16,867 nucleotides of DNA from Promethearchaeati archaeon (lineage in GTDB: Archaea > Asgardarchaeota > Heimdallarchaeia > JABLTI01): positions 1 to 16,867 of the forward strand of contig JABLTI010000059.1 in NCBI GenBank assembly GCA_013166835.1. Reading direction: 5' to 3'. Position numbers and translations under genes: made by a program. Positions within the stretch are counted from its first letter, which is position 1, and each line of letters begins with the position of its first letter. Shown here one piece after another: positions 1 through 6,291 of the stretch. Under the pieces are notes generated by a model, which saw only the letters and a program-made list of their open reading frames with translations, had not been told where the DNA came from and searched no databases.

Positions 1-1296
1 AATCCACTAACAAATGATTCTGATTTTGACTTATTGGATGATTATTACGAGGTAATGATAGATCCACTAGATGATCAATATCTCCAGAATAATACATTTC
101 AAACAGATCCGAATTTATGGGATACAGATGGAGATCAACTATCAGATTATGATGAAATAGCATTATATGGAACGAATCCAATAATGAATGATACAGATGG
201 AGACCTTATGTTAGACGGTTATGAAGTCTTTTACAATTTGGATCCATTCTTTGATGATGCTTCTTTAAACTATGATGATGATGAATTGACAAATTACCAA
301 GAATTCCTCTATAATGGTGACCCTTTTGATTCTGACACGGATGATGATCGATTACTAGATTCTGAAGAAGTCTTCTGGGGTACAAATTTAACTTCAGATG
401 ATACAGATGGTGATTACTTAACGGATTACTTAGAAGTAGTTTATTATGGAACAAATGCTACAAACTGGGATACTGATTATGATGGTTTAAGTGATTTATT
501 AGAATTGTACATTTTCGGGTCCAGTCCATTTCTTCCAGATAGCGATAATGATGGCTTGACCGATGGGGATGAAGTTTTCATTTATGGTTCACATCCATTA
601 AGAGTGGATTCCGATTATGATGGCTTAATTGATCCCCTAGAAATAGTATTTGGTTCTGCTCCTTATTTAGCTGATACCGATGGAGATGGTATGGATGATT
701 ATTTCGAATACATCTATAATTTCAATCCTCGATTTGATGATTCTATGGGCGATTTAGATGGTGATGGTTTAGTTAATGTTGCAGAGTACTGGTATTTTTC
801 AGATCCGACTCTAAATGATACAGATGGGGACTTACTTAATGATGGAGATGAAGTCTATCTTTACCTCTCCTCTCCAATAAGAGTTGATACAGATGGCGAT
901 GGACTGACAGATTATCAGGAAGCAATTATATACAACACATCTCCAACCGATCCGGACATGGATGATGATGGTCTTTTAGATGGTGAAGAAATTTTAATTT
1001 ATAATACTGATCCTGATAGTTTTGACACTGATAATGATGGTTATAGTGATTACGAGGAGATTGAGGAAGGGACTAATCCTTTAAGTTCAACCAGTAATCC
1101 CGGCAAGAGACTTCTTACTATTTTAGCTTCAGTTTTCTCTGGTACAGTTGGCATTCTATTTGTTTACTATGTTATTCCTTATCTTTTCAACTTACGAAAG
1201 AAGAATGAGGAACAGAAATGGATTAGAATTGGATTAGAAAAGCGTCAAGAAAAAAGTGATGAGATCCTTAATACCATTGAAATGTCTTCTAAATAA
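1..1296 (+). CDS. 5'-truncated membrane-anchored surface protein with tandem DxDxDG Ca2+-binding (bacterial/archaeal TSP3-like) repeats, a C-terminal TM helix and a short cytoplasmic tail
   Basis: The frame is open from base 1 (NPLTNDSDFDLLDDYYE), so TTG at 34 is not the true start. About 15 units of D[TS]DxDGLxDxxE..[YF]g[TS]xP are visible. The hydrophobic segment LLTILASVFSGTVGILFVYYVIPYLF (~1111-1188) is followed by basic NLRKK, consistent with the positive-inside rule. Confidence 0.9.
   Translation, partial: NPLTNDSDFDLLDDYYEVMIDPLDDQYLQNNTFQTDPNLWDTDGDQLSDYDEIALYGTNPIMNDTDGDLMLDGYEVFYNLDPFFDDASLNYDDDELTNYQEFLYNGDPFDSDTDDDRLLDSEEVFWGTNLTSDDTDGDYLTDYLEVVYYGTNATNWDTDYDGLSDLLELYIFGSSPFLPDSDNDGLTDGDEVFIYGSHPLRVDSDYDGLIDPLEIVFGSAPYLADTDGDGMDDYFEYIYNFNPRFDDSMGDLDGDGLVNVAEYWYFSDPTLNDTDGDLLNDGDEVYLYLSSPIRVDTDGDGLTDYQEAIIYNTSPTDPDMDDDGLLDGEEILIYNTDPDSFDTDNDGYSDYEEIEEGTNPLSSTSNPGKRLLTILASVFSGTVGILFVYYVIPYLFNLRKKNEEQKWIRIGLEKRQEKSDEILNTIEMSSK
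16..1065 (+). repeat. Protein-level tandem repeat of ~15 units of 22-26 aa (DxDxDG...E...NP)
   Basis: Units include DTDGDQLSDYDEIALYGTNPIMN, DSDNDGLTDGDEVFIYGSHPLRV and DTDGDGLTDYQEAIIYNTSPTDP. The DNA is diverged, but gatacagatgg recurs. Confidence 0.9.
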
Positions 1297-1334
1297 TCGA
1301 TTGTTATCACGTTATTTCCTTAACTCGATTTTTT

Positions 1335-1643
1335 TCATTGATTTTCTTTTGCTAAATGTTTTATTGTTGCCATGAGAACGTTAGCGTTCTTCTGCAAAAC
1401 ATAAGTAGAGCCAGGTATTCCTTTCTTGGATTTAGTTTGAACTCTTTTCACAACATCAGCTTCTAAAAGAATACGTAAATGGTTTTCGACGGTTGAACGA
1501 TGCTTGTTAAGCGTTATTGCTATATCTCCTGGATTTGTTATTCCAAGCTGAATGCAATCTATAATCCCTAGTCGAGTTGAGGAAGCAAATGCCTTCATAA
1601 GCTTCTCCAGTTTGCTGAAATCCATCATCTTATTTTCTCTCAT
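1335..1643 (-). CDS. ArsR/SmtB-like winged helix-turn-helix transcriptional regulator
   Basis: MKAFASSTRLGII matches the ArsR helix-1 pattern (xKALxxxxRxxIL), and PGDIAITLNKHRSTVENHLRILLEADVV is the HTH. The true start may be ATG at 1628 or 1625. Confidence 0.85.
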   Translation of the reverse strand: MRENKMMDFSKLEKLMKAFASSTRLGIIDCIQLGITNPGDIAITLNKHRSTVENHLRILLEADVVKRVQTKSKKGIPGSTYVLQKNANVLMATIKHLAKENQ

Positions 1644-1706
1644 CTTACACTTTTATTTCTCGATAATAAAAAAAATTGCTTCTTTTTTAAAACTAACAAA
1701 AAGTAG

Positions 1707-2477
1707 TTAACTAAGATTTTCCTTTACTTGAGAAACTATCTTAGTTATTACACCACCAATTTTCTCTTCGATCTTTATATCAACCAATTCATCATATGGC
1801 GTTTGACCCATGTTGATTAAGATTGTTTTTGCGTTATTTTTTCTTGCTAATTCTGGCAAATCTGCTGCAGGGGTAACAACCAAGGATGAACCAATGATCA
1901 AGTAAACGTCAGCTTGATCGGAATGCTCCTGAGATTTCAAAAAATCATCCTCTGGCATTGGATCCCCGAAATTCACTACTGAAGAAATAATTCTTCCATC
2001 ACAATTTAGACAGGTTGGTTGGAATTCATTAACTGAGCTTGTTCTATAGCCTGGACCCCATCTACTTTTATCCCAATCTGCTTCTTCGTAAGTCATTTTT
2101 TTGTTACAGGATAAACAAACCATAAAATTACTATTACCATGCAATTCTGCTAAAAGATCAGGTTTTATTCCTGAAATTAAGTGTAATCCATCGGTATTCT
2201 GTGTGATTAAGAATTTCAATAAACCCATATTTTGTAGTTCCACTAATGCAAGATGGCCACTATTTGGTTGTATTTCACTCCATGATTTTTTCATTTTCGG
2301 AGGAGGAAGGCCTTTATCTCTTCTAGTCCACATACCGTCTGGTCCTCGGAAATCAGGAATCCCGGATTCTGTACTTATTCCTGCTCCAGTGAATGCTACT
2401 AAATGTTTAGAATTAGCAACCCATTCTGCAATTTGGATTATTTTTTCATCTAAACTTAATTCATTATATTTACTCAT
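1707..2477 (-). CDS. Sir2-family NAD+-dependent protein deacylase, compact SIRT6/7-like architecture
   Basis: Sirtuin motifs GAGISTESGIPDFRG, TQNTDGLH, catalytic ELHGN, Zn-binding CLSC...CLNC, VVNFGD, GSSLVVTPAA and LIN. Confidence 0.96.
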   Translation of the reverse strand: MSKYNELSLDEKIIQIAEWVANSKHLVAFTGAGISTESGIPDFRGPDGMWTRRDKGLPPPKMKKSWSEIQPNSGHLALVELQNMGLLKFLITQNTDGLHLISGIKPDLLAELHGNSNFMVCLSCNKKMTYEEADWDKSRWGPGYRTSSVNEFQPTCLNCDGRIISSVVNFGDPMPEDDFLKSQEHSDQADVYLIIGSSLVVTPAADLPELARKNNAKTILINMGQTPYDELVDIKIEEKIGGVITKIVSQVKENLS

Positions 2478-2553
2478 AGTAGTTTAGCTCTTTCATTCAG
2501 CTAATTAAATATTCTTAAATCCAAAAAAAAAGCTACAAAACTATGATTATGAG

Positions 2554-2569
2554 GGAAATAGTTTATATG
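2554..2569 (+). promoter_or_regulatory. Putative archaeal BRE/TATA box for the HAD gene
   Basis: Purine-rich ggaaatag followed by TTTATATG (2562-2569). An SD-like GAGGAG at 2608-2613 precedes TTG 2622. Confidence 0.5.
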
Positions 2570-2621
2570 CTTAAATTCCAAAAAATAGAAATAAATTGGT
2601 AAAGAGTGAGGAGATTAGCAT

Positions 2622-3386
2622 TTGACTAGACCAAAAATAGGTTTTCTTTTTGATGTGGATGGAACTTTAACCACCTATCATGCGAATGATTCAGTCATTG
2701 ATTTGCTAATAATTAATGATTTAGAGATGATTCGAAAAATGAATTTTCCTATTGGTCTAATAACTGGGAGAAGTGTTCAATGGGTTCGCAATTACTTTTT
2801 CAACAATGTAAATGATACTTTGAAAGAATATATTCCAGTATTCGGAGAATTTGGACTCGTTAATTGGTACCGAGGGAAAAAAGTTCGTAAACGTATCAAA
2901 AAAGAACTTCGAGAATTACTGAGAAACGTTAAGAAAGAATGCTCAGAAGCAATATGCGAATATCGTGAACTCGAACCCTATGAAAACTACGTTCAACCTA
3001 ATCAAAGAAAACTTTGGATTGAACCAAAAGAAATTATGATAACATTTCGCACTTTGCCACTCTATGGTTTAACGACTGAAAAATTATTGAGGAATATTGA
3101 ACCAATTGTTAAAGAGTATGCAAATGAGCTAAAAATTGTTCCTAATCCTTATGCTATTGATATTCTACCTATTGAAACTAGCAAAAAAACTGGTGCAGAA
3201 AAAGCCATTAGAACGCTAGATAAGGAGAAAACTGTAACCAAATGGTATGCCTTTGGCGATTCGGAGACAGATCGTGAAATGAGTTATGCAAAAAATGCTG
3301 AAGTAAAATTCTACAAAATACCACGGGGAGTAACTCGAGAAGCTCATTTAATTATACAAAGATTATTAGCAGGAAGTCCAGAATAA
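2622..3386 (+). CDS. HAD superfamily subfamily IIB (Cof-type, C2 cap) sugar/small-molecule phosphatase
   Basis: Motif I FDVDGTL, motif II ITGRS, DILP..TSK and motif IV FGDSETD. TTG start with GAGGAG 8 nt upstream. Substrate is not assignable. Confidence 0.9.
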   Translation: MTRPKIGFLFDVDGTLTTYHANDSVIDLLIINDLEMIRKMNFPIGLITGRSVQWVRNYFFNNVNDTLKEYIPVFGEFGLVNWYRGKKVRKRIKKELRELLRNVKKECSEAICEYRELEPYENYVQPNQRKLWIEPKEIMITFRTLPLYGLTTEKLLRNIEPIVKEYANELKIVPNPYAIDILPIETSKKTGAEKAIRTLDKEKTVTKWYAFGDSETDREMSYAKNAEVKFYKIPRGVTREAHLIIQRLLAGSPE

Positions 3387-3392
3387 TTCAGT

Positions 3393-3560
3393 TTATATTC
3401 CTAAAAAAAGAATTACGCCAATTAATAATGAAATAAAAACCCCTATAATAATGAGCGATTTAACTGATGAAGTCCGTATATTTTGTTTTGCTACTATTTC
3501 TGGGTATTTTTCATCAGCTTCAGCGGCAATTAAACGTCCGGTTCTTTGATCATAAGCCAT
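3393..3560 (-). CDS. Small (55 aa) tail-anchored membrane protein, absent from the supplied ORF track
   Basis: My translation: MAYDQRTGRLIAAEADEKYPEIVAKQNIRTSSVKSLIIIGVFISLLIGVILFLGI*. SD-like GAGGGA lies 5 nt before the ATG, the last ~20 aa are purely hydrophobic, and the stop sits 6 nt from the convergent HAD stop. Confidence 0.75.
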   Translation of the reverse strand: MAYDQRTGRLIAAEADEKYPEIVAKQNIRTSSVKSLIIIGVFISLLIGVILFLGI

Positions 3561-3636
3561 CTAAATCCCTCATATTATATTAGGCGAACTAATTATCTAA
3601 ACATGAGTCGATTTTACAATAAAATGAACCAGTATT

Positions 3637-4605
3637 TTATGAACGAAAGATACTCAGCATACTTATAATAAAAGCCATTACAGAAATTAGGAATGAAAGG
3701 CTGGCGATGAAAAAGCTAATGAATCTTTGTTTTTCAGCTATACGTGCAGCATCAATGTTTGTTTTAATCATATCTCTTATATGATCTGCTAATTTCATAA
3801 GAATATCATCATCAATTGCTCTCATTCGTTGTCTTGATAATGGTTTTTGTATATTTCTTGTTCGACGCATTTGTTCATGAATTCCACCGGTGTAAATAGC
3901 ATTTATGAGTGTCTGTTTAAACTCTAAAGGTATCCAACCATCACAGAAAACCATAACACTCCTTACACTGAGTCTAATATAGTGTTCCTTAAAACTGAAC
4001 ATGCTAAACCATTTTCCTCTCTCTGGAAGAGTATAGGTCAATGAGGTACTCGGAATGGAGAAAATAGGGTCAACAGAGAGTTCTTTAGAAGCTCTGATTT
4101 CTTCTCTAATCATTTTAGCACCGTTACGAACGATAATTAGTGGATAATAGAAAATTTCGTTTATTTCCCAAGGTTTCTCTCCAATACCCTCAGGATCCTT
4201 AACACTTACTTTTGTTCCTTTTAGATCTTCAAAAACAAATTTCAAATCACGTAAAATATCATCTCTATGTGTTTTGAGTTCAAAGAATTCCTCGAGACCA
4301 ATAGTTAATCTAATGATCAAACGTCTATTATAGAAGCCAATAAGAGGGGATCTTCGTAAATCAACATATGATTTGCAGGAATCAATTTCTGCGAGTTTAA
4401 AGGATTCATCTAAATGAGGCTTATCTAATTCTTTAATTTCCCCTTTAACAAAGAAGTCTTCTTTCGGAATGAATTTCTTAAAAGACTCGAGTATTTTTGA
4501 CCAAAGTTCATTTAATTGTCTCTGGGAAAGATTCGAAATTGGCAAACCATAATCAAATAAAGCTAAAATATACCATGCAACATAATCATTTTCGTTTTTT
4601 TTCAA
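3637..4605 (-). CDS. Hypothetical protein with a single C-terminal transmembrane helix (tail-anchored)
   Basis: 322-aa ORF with TTG start preceded by AAGGTTGA and an upstream TATA box. It ends in FISFFIASLSFLISVMAFIISMLSIFRS and has no obvious signal peptide. No family recognised. Confidence 0.8.
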   Translation of the reverse strand: MKKNENDYVAWYILALFDYGLPISNLSQRQLNELWSKILESFKKFIPKEDFFVKGEIKELDKPHLDESFKLAEIDSCKSYVDLRRSPLIGFYNRRLIIRLTIGLEEFFELKTHRDDILRDLKFVFEDLKGTKVSVKDPEGIGEKPWEINEIFYYPLIIVRNGAKMIREEIRASKELSVDPIFSIPSTSLTYTLPERGKWFSMFSFKEHYIRLSVRSVMVFCDGWIPLEFKQTLINAIYTGGIHEQMRRTRNIQKPLSRQRMRAIDDDILMKLADHIRDMIKTNIDAARIAEKQRFISFFIASLSFLISVMAFIISMLSIFRS

Positions 4606-4652
4606 ATTCTGGTCAACCTTGAACTTTGTAATACTATTACTCTTTATTCAAC

Positions 4653-4660
4653 TATTTAAA
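4653..4660 (-). promoter_or_regulatory. Putative TATA box (TTTAAATA) for the 3637-4605 gene
   Basis: TTTAAATA on the minus strand ~48 nt upstream of the start. The same octamer occurs upstream of three other genes. Confidence 0.5.
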
Positions 4661-4675
4661 ATTATTAGGAAATCG

Positions 4676-5287
4676 CTATTCCGTGATGTTCTTTTTCATA
4701 TAATATAGTAGTATACTCTCTTTCCCCTCTACAACCTTATCTTTAATTAAGCAATTAAATCCTTGATACTCTATCATATTCTCCAATAATGCTAAATTCG
4801 TTTTTGATGAAACTACAAGATAACAGCAGCCATTATTCTTTAAGAAAAAGGGTAATGCTTTGAGAAATGGTTTTACAACGTCTAAACCATCAATTCCCCC
4901 TGACCATGCTTGTTCTAACAGACCAAAATCCTTTACAGGCAAATATGGGGAATTAAACAACACAATATCAAAAAATTGCAAATTGTTTTCTTTTGCAAGA
5001 AGGGAGTTAAACAAATCCGAACATATAACTTCAAGATTTATGGAGTTTTGTTTTGCGTTCTTCTTAATTGTATTCGCAGCTATTTGGTTTATCTCTACAC
5101 AGAAGAAATCAGCTCTTGGAAATTTCTTTGCTAGATAGAGTGAAACATAACCAGAACCTGAACCCACTTCCAAAACTTTTTCATTAGTTAAATCATGAAC
5201 ATTTTCTGCTAAAAGAAAGGAATCCTCTGCAGGATCATAGACATCGCTTGGAATGTCTAATGATAAACCATCAACCACCTTACGCAT
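4676..5287 (-). CDS. hemK: HemK2/Mtq2/N6AMT1-type SAM-dependent methyltransferase (putative aRF1 Gln N5-methyltransferase)
   Basis: VYDPAEDSFLL family signature, VLEVGSGSG SAM motif, SDLF, FNSPY (NPPY variant) and AWSGGIDG. It lies directly downstream of ksgA, as is common in archaea. Confidence 0.9.
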   Translation of the reverse strand: MRKVVDGLSLDIPSDVYDPAEDSFLLAENVHDLTNEKVLEVGSGSGYVSLYLAKKFPRADFFCVEINQIAANTIKKNAKQNSINLEVICSDLFNSLLAKENNLQFFDIVLFNSPYLPVKDFGLLEQAWSGGIDGLDVVKPFLKALPFFLKNNGCCYLVVSSKTNLALLENMIEYQGFNCLIKDKVVEGKESILLYYMKKNITE

Positions 5288-5309
5288 AAAACATCATATC
5301 CATTTCACT

Positions 5310-6170
5310 TTATTTTAGCAGATTTAGTTGGTTTGATGCTTGTAGAAATTCCATGATTTCCCCTGTTGTTTTTACTAAATCTTCAACTGAGAGTTCTCTT
5401 ACTCGACTATTTGCAAAGCTCAGACTTTCATCTAATTGTTTTTTAAATGCAAATCTTTCCTCTTTAGGAATGATTCTTTTGAAATAATCATATAGGACTG
5501 AACAAACGAGTTTGTTTTTCGTGTTGAATAGAATTCTTGAGGTAATTCTATAGTACTTCTTTGAAATAGGCAATTCCTCTTGTTTTAGTTTAATTTGAAC
5601 TATTGCACTATCGACTTTTGGCATTGGGAGGAAGCAATTACGAGGAACCCTCTCGAGTATCTCAACTTCAGCTTGAAATTGCAGATTAGCTGATAATCGA
5701 GAATAATCATCTGTTCTTGGTTTTGCAACCATTCTTCGAGCAAATTCATATTGATACATTAAAATTGCTAGCTCAAAATCATAATCAAGTAATTTAAATG
5801 TTATCGGAGATGAAATATGATAAGGAAGATTTGCAATGAATTTGGTTGCTTCTGGGAAATCAAGTTTTAAGGCATCACCAGATAAAATCGTTATATTTTT
5901 TTGTGATTGGAATTTTCTCTTTAGATATTGAGCAAGTTTTCTATCATATTCAATGGAGTACACTTTCCCTGCAACTTTAGCTAATTGCTCAGTTAGTAAT
6001 CCAGTTCCTCCACCAATCTCTAAAACAATATCCTCTTCTGTAAGATTAGCATATTTGATTTGTCGATTTAGAACATTTTTGTTAATCAGAAAATTCTGAC
6101 TTAAACTTTTTCTTGGAGAAATTCCGGCTTGAATTAAAGCATCTCGAGTCTTTATTATTAATTCACTCAT
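5310..6170 (-). CDS. rsmA: 16S rRNA adenine dimethyltransferase RsmA/KsgA/Dim1
   Basis: KSLSQNFL, VLEIGGGTG, IEYD, GDAL, ANLPYHISSP, MYQYEFARRMVA..YSRLS and FLPMPKVDSA. Confidence 0.96.
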   Translation of the reverse strand: MSELIIKTRDALIQAGISPRKSLSQNFLINKNVLNRQIKYANLTEEDIVLEIGGGTGLLTEQLAKVAGKVYSIEYDRKLAQYLKRKFQSQKNITILSGDALKLDFPEATKFIANLPYHISSPITFKLLDYDFELAILMYQYEFARRMVAKPRTDDYSRLSANLQFQAEVEILERVPRNCFLPMPKVDSAIVQIKLKQEELPISKKYYRITSRILFNTKNKLVCSVLYDYFKRIIPKEERFAFKKQLDESLSFANSRVRELSVEDLVKTTGEIMEFLQASNQLNLLK

Positions 6171-6243
6171 ATCAAATAATCATAAAACGGTAACTCATTA
6201 TAAGACCTTTGAACAATCAGCAAATCAAAAGCGAATTATCAAT

Positions 6244-6286
6244 AAAAAAACAAAAGATGGTAAGTAAAGAATTACTTACCTTTTTT
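6244..6286 (-). terminator. Hairpin plus T-tract terminator candidate downstream of the acyl-CoA ligase
   Basis: Perfect 9-bp inverted repeat ggtaagtaa (6259-6267) / ttacttacc (6272-6280) with a 4-nt loop. It lies 11 nt after the stop and has T-tracts on both strands. Confidence 0.65.
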
Positions 6287-6291
6287 GAGAT

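Noticed and set aside
206-454. 82-aa His-rich minus-strand ORF
   Set aside because: Antisense shadow of the Asp-rich (gat) repeat gene; the His richness is an artefact of the repeats.
1-1065. Recurring gatacagatgg every ~66-70 nt, superficially CRISPR-like spacing
   Set aside because: The repeats are short, degenerate at synonymous positions and in frame in a protein repeat; no cas genes are present.
1707-2477. Sir2 as an anti-phage NADase (Thoeris/DSR/Sir2-HerA/pAgo)
   Set aside because: It retains the Zn-binding module and deacylase motifs, has no extra domains, and has no defence partners nearby.
2101-2487. 128-aa plus-strand ORF
   Set aside because: Antisense to the sirtuin, with no motifs or RBS.
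4860-5138. 92-aa plus-strand ORF
   Set aside because: Antisense shadow inside hemK2.
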